Assembly: GCA_050250255.1 (NCBI GenBank)
Contig: JBFWOZ010000011.1
Span: 14,255 to 78,254, forward strand
Source of the DNA: Bdellovibrionales bacterium
GTDB lineage: Bacteria > Bdellovibrionota > Bdellovibrionia > Bdellovibrionales > DASUEL01
Direction of reading: 5' to 3'
DNA: 64,000 bases
Below the pieces are notes generated by a model that made no database searches, was not told where the DNA came from, and worked only from the letters and a program-made list of their open reading frames with translations. The translations under genes were made by a program, and so were the position numbers. Shown here one piece after another: positions 1 to 9,698 of this stretch (the first letter of the stretch is position 1; every line of letters starts with the position of its first letter).

Positions 1-22
1 CGACTGGTTAAAAAATTATTAT

Positions 23-1015
23 TTGAATTGGCAAGACGCTCAAATCAAGTTCACAAAACTTTTTGAAAAATCAAACCCTATTCTTACTTATGGTTCTATT
101 TCTCGAGTTAAAAATCTTATTTCCCAAATCGAGGGGAATACGACGCTCGCCCAACTTTTGGAAGCTCACAAAGAAAACATTAGCGATGTTTATAATGCTG
201 TCCATCTTTTGACTTTACATCAAATGATCTACTTTGAACGTAAAGCAAAGACAATTGATACGACTCTCCAAGCAGCAAGACTCACTCAACTACAAAACGA
301 GTATGTGACAAAAGATGATTTTGAAGTTCTTGGTATTCCTCGACGAAGCAAGCCTATCGATATTAAAAAGGCGTACTATGAGCTCTCTAAACGCTATCAT
401 CCAGATAAGCTCCCGCAGAATGTTGAAAAAAATATTCTTGATCTTACCACGTACGTTTATTCTAAAATTACGGCAGCCTACAACAGACTCATTGATGACG
501 AACAAAGAGCCAACTACCTCAAAGAATTAGAGGTTGGCCAAGCAAGTAAGATCATGGAAGCCGAACGTCACATCGAAGAAGGAAAAAGTCTCCTGAAAGT
601 TGGCCAGGCCTCTAAGGCTTATGAGAAATTTAAGACCGCGAGCACTCTGCGTCCCATGAACAGCGAATTGCAGCTACTCTTGATTTGGGCACAGCTTGCC
701 GCTCTCAACATGACAGCTCCAAAGTCAGAGGAAACCTTGGTTCAAGCCAGCATGGCGCTCAACAAGATTTTGCCTGAGGATCGCCATAACGCTTTTTATT
801 ATTTTGTAAAGGCCCTTTATCAGAAGCATGTCGGAGACTACCCTTCTGCTCTTGATAATTTAAATCATGCGGTCTCTCTTCAACCAGACTTCATTGAAGC
901 CAAGCGAGAACTCAATCTTCTACAAATTACCATGAAGAAAACCTCGACTAAATCAACAAGCATTCTTAATGCAGATCTCAAAGATGTGGTCGGAATGTTA
1001 TTTAAACGGAAGTAA
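23..1015 (+). CDS. DnaJ (J-domain) and TPR-repeat protein, probably 5'-truncated by the window edge
   Basis: DDFEVLGI...IKKAYYELSKRYHPDK J-domain with HPD motif; C-terminal TPR-like helices. Confidence 0.8.
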   Translation: MNWQDAQIKFTKLFEKSNPILTYGSISRVKNLISQIEGNTTLAQLLEAHKENISDVYNAVHLLTLHQMIYFERKAKTIDTTLQAARLTQLQNEYVTKDDFEVLGIPRRSKPIDIKKAYYELSKRYHPDKLPQNVEKNILDLTTYVYSKITAAYNRLIDDEQRANYLKELEVGQASKIMEAERHIEEGKSLLKVGQASKAYEKFKTASTLRPMNSELQLLLIWAQLAALNMTAPKSEETLVQASMALNKILPEDRHNAFYYFVKALYQKHVGDYPSALDNLNHAVSLQPDFIEAKRELNLLQITMKKTSTKSTSILNADLKDVVGMLFKRK

Positions 1016-1036
1016 AATCAAGAAACAGGTAAAGTT

Positions 1037-1789
1037 TTATCTCTTTCGAGTGGCAGAGTACTGACGTGCGAGAGCTTTTGCGAACTCCATGCGCTCTCGA
1101 TCGATATCACTATAAAGACCATCTTTTTCTTCCTGACGAAAATCTTTTACTTGATCGGCCACTAAGGCTTTATTAAAACCTTGATAGGCAGGAAGCTTTG
1201 TACGCCCAGCGATTTCTCTATATTTTTTGGAACGTTTATTTTTCTGCTCTTCGCTCTCTTTGAGTCGCTCTTGAAAAGAGGCAAGAGAGGTTCTCTTCTC
1301 TGCTGTAGCCTTTGGAGTCGAGTAGTTCACAGGTTTAGCTGCAGGACTTTTTGATTCTTTCTCATGAACAAAAATGTCTTCATCAGATCCTGCGGTGTAC
1401 TCAGCTTTTTCGTATTTATCGAGAAGGACATCTTCGTTAAGATTTAATAAGTTGGCAATTAATTCAATCATTGTATGAGGCGAGACGGGAGATTCTAAAA
1501 CGGTCACCGCTTTTTTATCCGCAGGCATCAAAGCTTTGCCCTTGGGATTGATAAAAATTGTTGGCGGGATATTCGCTTTTTTTTGCAGAAGCTTTGGAAG
1601 TGTTTTGGTTCCATTCACTCGATGGCCCTGAGCTGTAATAACAAGCATGTCGGGGTTGAAGGCCATTAATTTTTCATAGACGGCTAAATCATTCTGTATG
1701 CCGACTACATCAAAGCCTACCTTTTTGAGTAGCGTTTCGAGGAAAATCAATTCCTTGTATTCTTCAATTGCGAGGAGAATGCGAGCCAT
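1037..1789 (-). CDS. Protein with an N-terminal receiver-like (REC/CheY-like, probably atypical) domain
   Basis: MARILLAIEE...FNPDMLVI...VLESPVS follows the REC fold pattern; charged C-terminus. Confidence 0.55.
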   Translation of the reverse strand: MARILLAIEEYKELIFLETLLKKVGFDVVGIQNDLAVYEKLMAFNPDMLVITAQGHRVNGTKTLPKLLQKKANIPPTIFINPKGKALMPADKKAVTVLESPVSPHTMIELIANLLNLNEDVLLDKYEKAEYTAGSDEDIFVHEKESKSPAAKPVNYSTPKATAEKRTSLASFQERLKESEEQKNKRSKKYREIAGRTKLPAYQGFNKALVADQVKDFRQEEKDGLYSDIDRERMEFAKALARQYSATRKR

Positions 1790-1877
1790 AGGTTATTTTG
1801 TCCTCTATGGTCAATGGGGTCAATGAGTGGTTGGGCGAGTATTGACGCCATTAGCAAATAATTGTTAAGTAGGAGAG

Positions 1878-2744
1878 ATGAAAATCAGTGGTTTTACCGT
1901 CGTTCGAAACGCCATCCTCATGGGCTACCCTATTTTAGAATCCATCAAAAGCATTCTGCCTTTAGTCGATGAATTTATTGTAGGCGTGGGGCAATCGGAC
2001 GACGAAACTAAAAAACTCATCGAAGGTCTAAATGAGAAGAAAATCAAAATTTTTGATTCCTTTTGGGATACAAAAAAGACAAAGGGTGGGTTGATTCTAA
2101 GTGAAAAAACGAATGAGGCTCTGGCTCATTGTCAAAATGATTGGTGTTTCTATCTTCAAGCCGACGAAGCCGTTCACGAACAAGACTATTCAAAAATATT
2201 AGAGGCAGTGAAAAGGTATGATTCAGATCCTGAGACGCAGGGACTTCTTTTTCGCTACCTTCACTTTTATGGTTCCTACCACACGATAGCAACAGCAAGA
2301 AACTGGTACCGCTATGAAATACGGCTTGTTCGCAAAAGCACAGGAATTCAAAGTTTCAATGATGCTCAGGGTTTTCGGGTCCACGGTCAAAAACCTTATG
2401 TACGACTCACCAATGCCCATATTCATCACTACGGCTGGGTTAAACCTCCACAGCTGATGGGACAAAAAAGCAAGCTTCTTAGCCGCTGGTGGCATGGCAA
2501 CAAACTCGATGAACAGTTTCAAAACTTTCAGTATCGCAAAGAGTATGGCTTACGGCCTTACAAAGGCACCCATCCGGCCGTCATGAAAGAGCTTGTAGCC
2601 TCTCAAAATTGGAACTTTAATCCACGTATGCAGCTCTCAGATTGGACCCCGCAACAGGTCAATTACTTAGCAAGCGACCTCTTTGAGAGCGTCTTTCGCT
2701 ACCGTATTGGAGAATACAAAAACTATAAACTCCTAAGAGATTAA
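1878..2744 (+). CDS. Glycosyltransferase family 2 (LPS-related)
   Basis: MKISGFTVVRN, DWCFYLQADE (DxD-like) and IHHYGW motifs; upstream of kdsA. Confidence 0.85.
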   Translation: MKISGFTVVRNAILMGYPILESIKSILPLVDEFIVGVGQSDDETKKLIEGLNEKKIKIFDSFWDTKKTKGGLILSEKTNEALAHCQNDWCFYLQADEAVHEQDYSKILEAVKRYDSDPETQGLLFRYLHFYGSYHTIATARNWYRYEIRLVRKSTGIQSFNDAQGFRVHGQKPYVRLTNAHIHHYGWVKPPQLMGQKSKLLSRWWHGNKLDEQFQNFQYRKEYGLRPYKGTHPAVMKELVASQNWNFNPRMQLSDWTPQQVNYLASDLFESVFRYRIGEYKNYKLLRD

Positions 2745-2817
2745 GGGAACCTTACCTCTAGCCGACCCTATGAAAACGTGCTAGCTTATGGGGATCATTT
2801 ATTAAAGCGAGAATTCT

Positions 2818-3714
2818 ATGGAAAAAAAACGTACAGAAACTATCCAACTCCCTCCCCGCAGCTTTGAAGTTAAGGGCGACAAATTGACCGTTAAAATTGG
2901 TCAAGGTCACAAACTCTCGGTGATCGCCGGTCCTTGCGTGGTGGAGGAAGAATCCCTCATGATGGAAACAGCTCGTCGTCTTGTCGATATCTGTGAGCGA
3001 CTTGATGTAGGCCTTATTTTTAAAAGTTCTTATGAAAAAGATAATCGCGGAAGTGAAAAAAACTGGCGTGGCCCTATGGCCATTGATGGTTTAAAAATTC
3101 TTGCAAAAATTCGTAAAGAGTTCGGAATTCCTATCCTCAGCGACATTCATCGCCAAGAAGACGTCGAGATGGCCGCCGAATATTTAGATGTTCTCCAAAT
3201 TCCCGCTTATCTTTGTCAACAAACCTCCCTCGTTCTTGCTTGCGGACAGACAGGGCGTGCGATTAACGTAAAAAAGGGACAATTTCTCGCTCCAGAAAAT
3301 ATGTCGAGCGCTGTAAGTAAACTTCGCTCTGTCGGTAACAAGAACGTTCTTCTTACTGAGCGTGGAGCTTGTTTTGGTTACAATCGCTTAGTGGCCGACA
3401 TGCGCTCGATCCCCGTTATGCAAAGCCTCGGTGCTCCGGTGGTATTTGACGCCACTCACGTCGTACGTCTGTACGGTATTTCAAGTGCGGATCCTGCAGG
3501 TGGGGAACCGGCTTATGTCCCTCACCTCACATTAGCTGCCGTCGCTGCTGGTGCAGACGCTCTCTTTTTAGAGACTCATCCAGATCCAATGAAGGCGAAA
3601 TGTGATGCGGCTTCGCAATTGAATCTCAATAACTTTGAGAATCTTGTGAAGATGGCCGTCAATGTACGCAAAGCCATTGGTACTCCCGAAAACGTAGGAC
3701 AGATGTCTCTTTAA
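2818..3714 (+). CDS. kdsA: 3-deoxy-8-phosphooctulonate (KDO8P) synthase
   Basis: IAGPCVVE, FKSSYEKDNR, QIPAYLCQQT, NVKKGQFLAP, LTERG, VFDATH. Confidence 0.93.
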   Translation: MEKKRTETIQLPPRSFEVKGDKLTVKIGQGHKLSVIAGPCVVEEESLMMETARRLVDICERLDVGLIFKSSYEKDNRGSEKNWRGPMAIDGLKILAKIRKEFGIPILSDIHRQEDVEMAAEYLDVLQIPAYLCQQTSLVLACGQTGRAINVKKGQFLAPENMSSAVSKLRSVGNKNVLLTERGACFGYNRLVADMRSIPVMQSLGAPVVFDATHVVRLYGISSADPAGGEPAYVPHLTLAAVAAGADALFLETHPDPMKAKCDAASQLNLNNFENLVKMAVNVRKAIGTPENVGQMSL

Positions 3715-3760
3715 AAATAGAGCATAGTGATTTCTAAGCTTAAGAATTCAAGGAGGATGA

Positions 3761-4867
3761 TTGAGCTTGTACAAAGGACGCCTGGCCGGAAGATATATTT
3801 TCGTTGAAATGCTCCCTGCATTTGTCATCGGCGTTATGGTTTTTATTTTCATTCTTCTCATGTTTCAAATTCTACGCCTCACGGAATTTGTACTTGTCCA
3901 TGGCGTAGACATTCGTACCGTTCTCGAAATTGTTCTTTTTTTAACGATCAGTTTCCTCCCCGCCGTCCTCCCTATGAGTCTCCTCTTTTCCGTCCTTCTT
4001 TCGTTTAGTCGGCTCAGCAGTGACTCAGAAATCGTGGCGTTTAAGGCTGCAGGTCTGCACCTAGGGTACTTAACCGTTCCCCCACTGGTATTAGGAATCA
4101 TCGTTGCGGCTTTTTCGGCCCATATTTCTTTTTACTCGGCCCCTTGGGGAAACCGACAGTTTGAAGTTTTAATTACAAAGCTTGGAAATTCCAAAGCCGC
4201 AGCGACCATTCGCGAAGGAACTTTCTCCGAAGGTTTTTTTGATATGGTCATGTACGCGCAAACTGTGGATACGAAGAATAATCGACTCTCAAACGTATTT
4301 ATTTATGATGAACGTGATGCGGGTAATCCAATCACCATCATTGCTAAATCTGGACAAATCACGCCCAACACGAATGAACAAAAAGTGGGAGCGCTTTTAA
4401 AACTCACACAAGGTCACATCCACCGTACAACCAATGATTCGTACACGAAAATTAACTTCGATTCCTACGATCTTAATCTTTCTCGACCTATCGGTGAAGT
4501 CACAGCAGAAAAATCCATTCTTTCACATACCATTACGGATTTAAAAACCCAGATGCAGGACTCGAGTCTTCCTGAAGACAAACGAAAAATTCTTCTCAAC
4601 GAATATCACAAGCGTTGGGCGATCTCGGCCGCCTGCATTCTCTTTTCGATTCTCGGAGTGGGTTTAGGCGCCGTCACTCATAAAAGAACGGTCCGTTCTG
4701 GAAGCCTTATTATCTCTTTAGGTGTCATTATCGCCTATTGGGGTCTTTACGTCACAGGAGATGCCGTCGCCAGACAAGGCTATCTCCCCTCTTGGCTCGC
4801 AATCTGGAACGCCAATATTTTCTTTAGTTTCCTCGCCGCTTGGTTTTTGAGAAAAAACTGGAATTGA
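3761..4867 (+). CDS. lptF: LPS export ABC transporter permease, LptF/LptG family
   Basis: Three N-terminal TM helices, RLSSDSEIVAFKAAG motif, periplasmic domain, EYHKRWA, three C-terminal TM helices. Confidence 0.88.
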   Translation: MSLYKGRLAGRYIFVEMLPAFVIGVMVFIFILLMFQILRLTEFVLVHGVDIRTVLEIVLFLTISFLPAVLPMSLLFSVLLSFSRLSSDSEIVAFKAAGLHLGYLTVPPLVLGIIVAAFSAHISFYSAPWGNRQFEVLITKLGNSKAAATIREGTFSEGFFDMVMYAQTVDTKNNRLSNVFIYDERDAGNPITIIAKSGQITPNTNEQKVGALLKLTQGHIHRTTNDSYTKINFDSYDLNLSRPIGEVTAEKSILSHTITDLKTQMQDSSLPEDKRKILLNEYHKRWAISAACILFSILGVGLGAVTHKRTVRSGSLIISLGVIIAYWGLYVTGDAVARQGYLPSWLAIWNANIFFSFLAAWFLRKNWN

Positions 4868-5716
4868 GAGAAGCGCCTGCACATCTTGCGCATCACGAAT
4901 TGGGAAAGCACCGTTCGCGAGCAAATCACAACTCCCACTCCAGTTACGCAACACCGGAGAGCCGGGCACCACTCCTAAATTACGATGATTTTCTATCGCT
5001 AAACGTGCGGTCATAATAGAACCACTTTTTCTTTTAGCTTCAATGAGTAAAAGCATAGGAGAAAGTGCTACAATCAAGCGATTTCGCTGATGGAAATAAT
5101 AATTTCTGATCGGTTCGTAAGGAAGAAGCTCGCTGACGACGGCACCCCGGTACTTAATGATTTCGGGGATCATCGTAAGTAAAGTCGGCGGATAACATTC
5201 CGCGAGTCCCGAGGGTAAAAAAGCTACTGTCGGAGATTTTTTAGAAACTGCGATGTAGTGTGCCCACTGATCAACCCCACGTGCACCACCGCTGACAAAA
5301 CAAACTCCTTCTTTTGCTAACGCAGGAAGGTGCGTGGTCATCCACTCCCGAGAAAGGGAGTGAGCCTCTCGACTGCCAACAATAGAGAGCGTTTTTTCAA
5401 ATGGATGTTTGAGAGTGCCCCAATAAATAAGATTGAGTGGGGGTGACTCTAAATCCAAAAGCGAAGCTGGATAATCGGGATGGCCCGGCCAGACGTGACG
5501 AGCGGAATGTTTTTTTATCCATTCCCAATTCTTTGTGACGTATCGCCACTTCTGCGAAACTTCCTCGGGCTCCAACTTTTTCCCAAGCCATTCCTCCATT
5601 TGGGAGTGCAAACCCTCGAGGGACTTTGACTCCTTTAGTAATTGTTGGAAATTTTGAAAAGGGATCCCACCAAAAGCCTGTAAAAAAAGTGCCGTCCAAG
5701 ATTCTCGTTGAGTCAT
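4718..5716 (-). CDS. dprA: DNA-processing protein DprA/Smf
   Basis: YPASLLDLESPP, SIVGSR, VSGGARGVDQWAH, FHQRNRLI, EAKRKSGSIMTA; ATG at 5716 with a GGAGG RBS. Confidence 0.92.
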   Translation of the reverse strand: MTQRESWTALFLQAFGGIPFQNFQQLLKESKSLEGLHSQMEEWLGKKLEPEEVSQKWRYVTKNWEWIKKHSARHVWPGHPDYPASLLDLESPPLNLIYWGTLKHPFEKTLSIVGSREAHSLSREWMTTHLPALAKEGVCFVSGGARGVDQWAHYIAVSKKSPTVAFLPSGLAECYPPTLLTMIPEIIKYRGAVVSELLPYEPIRNYYFHQRNRLIVALSPMLLLIEAKRKSGSIMTARLAIENHRNLGVVPGSPVLRNWSGSCDLLANGAFPIRDAQDVQALLSIPVFSQKPSGEETKENIGVPDCEPRGEIALSGDGISCDVKTPIGDNDT

Positions 5717-5826
5717 TGCAATGCCTCCCGCACAAGGGCTCATGCAAACTCATTGAGAACAGTGAACACATCATTCAAAGACTTTACACATACGAGGGCC
5801 GACGGTTTACGAATATATAGACACGT

Positions 5827-7359
5827 TTATTGGAATCTTTCGCGAGATCCGGTTTTGTCACCGGGGCGGATATCGCCACGCGCTTCTAGGACAAGTGCGG
5901 TAGAAAGACGTTCGCTTGTATTGACGATTCTCACAAGAGCGATAGGTCCTTGAACTGTCTTAACCACGGTCTCGGCATTTCGTTCGACCGGGCTTTTAAG
6001 GATGGAATAAATCTCGCCCTCTTGAACGCCATCACGACTGCCGCCATTGAGATAAATAATGGTGTTCGTCGCCATCAGACGTCGGTCGGCATCAAACTCC
6101 CCGCCGACCACCGTAACAGAGGCAGAACCTGAAGCACCTTCCTTAGAATAAGAAGTGACAGGAATATTTCCTCGAAAAAGCTGAGCTCCACGTTCGATCG
6201 GTGCCACCATATTTTTCACAATCGCGCGGAACCGATTATCGCCCAAACTTTCAATGATTTCTAACTCTCCTTGAAATTCCACAGGATATCCGGGTACAGA
6301 CATGTACGAGTTACTCATTTTATCGAGAGTTTTAAAGGCCGTGTAGATTTCGCCCTCTGCCGCAGCTTCAAGTTCCAAAATCACTTCTTGAAAAAGAGCC
6401 GCGCGATCTCCGCCGGCTTCCATTTCAATCACTCGTCCGATGCTTGAAGGTGCACGATCCGAAATGTAGCTATGTAAGAGCGTTTCATCCCCTATATCCT
6501 GGAGTCTTTTCTTTCGCGAAATGCTAAACCCTGCATTGTCATATTTTCGATCCGCCTGGGTCCAACTCGGAATACTTCGAGGAATATTTTTGAGAACGGG
6601 ACGGAACGCCGGCGGCGCAGGAATTTCGGCATTCGCCAGGTAAGCTTTGGCCTGTTCCGGTGTGACCGAAGCTTTTGCCTCGGTTTCATTAAAAGCATAT
6701 CTGTTCTTCCCAACATTGACGCTGGGCTCTTGCGACACACTACCTGGAGAAAAGCTGAGCACTTCTCCCGGCTCTAAAATATGAGGATTGGTATAGTCGC
6801 TATTGAGTTGCCATAATTTTGGCCAAAAGAATCCGTTACCAAAAAATGTAGTACTCATACCCCACATGGTATCGCCAGATTGAACCGTGTATTTTTCTGA
6901 AGATTTTGGACCTACGATTTGAAACCACTCGGCATCAGAAATTTTACCTGAATAAAATTGTTTGTAGATGCGACCCATGCGCTCTTCAAATTCCGCGTCA
7001 GGCTGGTCGTCGGCGATAGGCATCTCACTTGGCATAGGTGCCGCGATTTCGGGTGCTGGAACAGGCTCCGCTTCTTCCGCGACTTCTTCTGCAGGTTCGT
7101 TTTCAACTGGCGCCGGTGTCACTTGCTCTTCTGCTTGCTGGGAAGGCATTTCTGCATCGAGCTCTTCTTGTAAGTTGCTATCTTCGATATCTAAATCTTG
7201 TTTTTGGGCGTCTTGCCTGTCTGCGTTTTCGATCTCTTGCTCAAGATCATCGAAATTTTCGATAGACTCTCCGACATTATCCAAATCATCTTCTTGCGCA
7301 TGTACCGCAGAAAGAGATGCGAGAGTCAAAAGAAGGCTCAAGAGAAGAATTCGCTTCAT
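5827..7359 (-). CDS. Secreted LysM peptidoglycan-binding protein with an acidic N-terminus
   Basis: Signal peptide; YTVQSGDTMWGMS...WPKLWQLN...NPHILEPG LysM domain; usual neighbour of dprA. Confidence 0.85.
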   Translation of the reverse strand: MKRILLLSLLLTLASLSAVHAQEDDLDNVGESIENFDDLEQEIENADRQDAQKQDLDIEDSNLQEELDAEMPSQQAEEQVTPAPVENEPAEEVAEEAEPVPAPEIAAPMPSEMPIADDQPDAEFEERMGRIYKQFYSGKISDAEWFQIVGPKSSEKYTVQSGDTMWGMSTTFFGNGFFWPKLWQLNSDYTNPHILEPGEVLSFSPGSVSQEPSVNVGKNRYAFNETEAKASVTPEQAKAYLANAEIPAPPAFRPVLKNIPRSIPSWTQADRKYDNAGFSISRKKRLQDIGDETLLHSYISDRAPSSIGRVIEMEAGGDRAALFQEVILELEAAAEGEIYTAFKTLDKMSNSYMSVPGYPVEFQGELEIIESLGDNRFRAIVKNMVAPIERGAQLFRGNIPVTSYSKEGASGSASVTVVGGEFDADRRLMATNTIIYLNGGSRDGVQEGEIYSILKSPVERNAETVVKTVQGPIALVRIVNTSERLSTALVLEARGDIRPGDKTGSRERFQ

Positions 7360-7457
7360 CACCTTCTATTCTAGCGAAGCCCATCAGCGAATCAATTTGT
7401 CAGAAATTTCAGCACTTAAGTCGAGGCGCACCCAACCTCAAACCCTCAACCAGCTTA

Positions 7458-7682
7458 TTACCTCTCAAAAGCAAGTAGGCTTTTCACTAGCTCTTTCAGG
7501 TCCATTCGAACATTCATGTCCTGTACCCGCTCGAAGAAATTACGTGAGCTTCGGGAGGACTCGCTTTTCGATGGGGTCTGAGATTCGTAAGCTTTATTTT
7601 GCACCATGGATTTCACATGGGAGCTACGTTTTTTATCTAGAGGGTTACGACCAATGCGCGACTTGTTATTCGACTCAGACAT
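7458..7682 (-). CDS. Small hypothetical protein, candidate ParA partner
   Basis: 74 aa; overlaps the parA stop; basic N-terminal SRIGRNPL motif. Confidence 0.6.
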   Translation of the reverse strand: MSESNNKSRIGRNPLDKKRSSHVKSMVQNKAYESQTPSKSESSRSSRNFFERVQDMNVRMDLKELVKSLLAFER

Positions 7683-8472
7683 AAGACATCCTCTCTAATT
7701 TTATTTTTAATTCTTCGGCAAGTTCTGCAAACTCAGCAGAGCTTTTAGAAGAGGGTGCGTATTGGAAAATCGATTTTCCAAAGCCTGCACTTTCTGCGAC
7801 CTTTACACTATTATGAATTTTTGTTTCAAAAAGGAGTGAGCCGAATTTTTCTGCGAGAAGTTTGGAGACATCTTGATTTAAACGACGGCGCTGATCAAAC
7901 ACGTTACGAATAATTCCCACAATCTCTAAATTTTCATTCCAGCGTTTGAGATCACGAATCGTCGCTTCCAGCTGCGAAAGGCCCTCTAAAGAAAAGAAAT
8001 CCGCTTGGAGTGGTACGAGAACACCGTGAGCGGCCATAAGACCGTTTAACGTCAGAAGATTTAAAGAAGGCGGATTATCGATGAGAATAAAATCAAACTC
8101 TTTTCGAAGTCCTTCGAGAGCCGCTTTCAAGACCGACTCTCTCGCCGCGCGTGAAACTAAGTAATACTCAACTCCCGCGAGGGCGGCATCACTTGGCAGA
8201 AGATAAAGCTTAGCTGAGACTTGAGAGAGATCATGAAGTGAAAGAACTCTTTTGTCTCGAGCGAGATAAACCTGATCCAAAGTAAGAGTTGAAGGCTCCA
8301 CTACAACACCGGTATAGGCTGTGAGATTCGCTTGAGGGTCGTTGTCGATCAACAAAACCTTGTGTCCCGCGCGCGTGAGAGCCGTCGCTAAATTAAAGCA
8401 GACAGTTGTTTTTCCGACGCCACCTTTTTGATTGGCGAGAGCGAGAATACGGGCTGAAGGATTTTCGCTCAT
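7675..8472 (-). CDS. ParA/Soj family ATPase (orphan, no parB adjacent)
   Basis: ANQKGGVGKTT deviant Walker A, LLIDNDPQANLT, FILIDNPPSL. Confidence 0.93.
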   Translation of the reverse strand: MSENPSARILALANQKGGVGKTTVCFNLATALTRAGHKVLLIDNDPQANLTAYTGVVVEPSTLTLDQVYLARDKRVLSLHDLSQVSAKLYLLPSDAALAGVEYYLVSRAARESVLKAALEGLRKEFDFILIDNPPSLNLLTLNGLMAAHGVLVPLQADFFSLEGLSQLEATIRDLKRWNENLEIVGIIRNVFDQRRRLNQDVSKLLAEKFGSLLFETKIHNSVKVAESAGFGKSIFQYAPSSKSSAEFAELAEELKIKLERMSYV

Positions 8473-8834
8473 CGATCACTCCTAACAAAATAAACGTTAG
8501 ATTTGATAAGTAACTGAAGTGAGAGTCAACGCTTCACACCCCGCTTTTTATAAAAATTGTGAAGCGTCAAAACTATCCAAATAGTTATCCACGGACTTTG
8601 TGGAATGACATAAGAACCAGACCTTAGACTTGCTTGTTTCCGCGGGTTACAGCGATTTGATGAAAAATTAAACATGAGCTAAGTCTTTGAATTTACAACA
8701 AGAAATGAACAATATTAGGGTTTCATTAAAGATCTGTGAAGAAATCTTAAATCCGAACTTCGAGCGAGGAAAACCTGTGGAAACCCCTATCCTCGCACCT
8801 TCTGTGGTTTTTACTGTTGCACACACGAAGTATT

Positions 8835-9698
8835 ATGTTTCTTTTTCTAGCAATAATCCTTCTAGGCATTGAATTTCGCACCCTAGATTTGCACAATTTT
8901 TCAGCAACACTTAGTCAACCTTTTCATGCTGAGTGTTTAAGCTCGGTTCCCACCAGTTCATGGAGCGAACTTTACGCAGCAACAGTCTGTGGAAAAAATC
9001 TGCAGAACTCAGAGATGTCCTTTTATTTAAAAAAATTCGGACTTCTCCACATGATTGTGGTTTCTGGTGCACACCTTTTGTTCTTAGAAAAGCTCATTAT
9101 CACGCTTGGATTGCGCGCAAAAATTTTTGTCTACCCGCTTATGATTCTTTTTTGTCTCGTTACGTCACTTCAAGCACCCGTGCTTCGGGCTCTCGTCGCG
9201 ATTTTTTTAAATGATGTGAATGACAGATTTCATCTTTTTTGGCGTCCGGTACAGATCACATGGCTTTCCGGGATATTCCTATGGCTCCTATTTCCCGACT
9301 GGATCCATTCTTTTTCGTTCTTACTGAGTTGGGCTTGTGCACTCGCACTCGCACTCATGGCGGGCCAATCTGCCTTTAAAAAACAACTTTTCCTTTATCT
9401 CTTTCTTGGCCTCTTCTTACTTCCGCTACAGACATCTCATCCCATCTCCATTTTATTAAATCTTCTTTTTGCTCCCCTGATCGGTTTTCTACTTTTTCCA
9501 ACAAGCCTTTTTGCCTTTTTCATACCGGCTTTTACGCAGATTCCTGACACGCTCTGGGCCGTGCTCTTTCGTATATTAGAATGGCTCCATCAAGGCGTTG
9601 AGTCCGTATCGCTACAGTATCCGATCTCGCTTCTTACCCTTTGGGCTGTCCTCTGGCTGACGCATCTTCTTTTGGAAATCTGGAGGCAACCTCGATGA
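8835..9698 (+). CDS. comEC: ComEC/Rec2 competence (membrane channel) domain protein
   Basis: GLLHMIVVSGAH, PVLRA and SFLLSW motifs in a multi-TM protein. Confidence 0.85.
   Translation: MFLFLAIILLGIEFRTLDLHNFSATLSQPFHAECLSSVPTSSWSELYAATVCGKNLQNSEMSFYLKKFGLLHMIVVSGAHLLFLEKLIITLGLRAKIFVYPLMILFCLVTSLQAPVLRALVAIFLNDVNDRFHLFWRPVQITWLSGIFLWLLFPDWIHSFSFLLSWACALALALMAGQSAFKKQLFLYLFLGLFLLPLQTSHPISILLNLLFAPLIGFLLFPTSLFAFFIPAFTQIPDTLWAVLFRILEWLHQGVESVSLQYPISLLTLWAVLWLTHLLLEIWRQPR

Noticed and set aside
6968..7684. 238-aa Ser-rich plus-strand ORF
   Set aside because: Antisense shadow of the acidic LysM N-terminus.
8473..8816. oriC
   Set aside because: No dnaA, dnaN or rpmH nearby and no evident skew change; kept only as a DnaA-box-like cluster.
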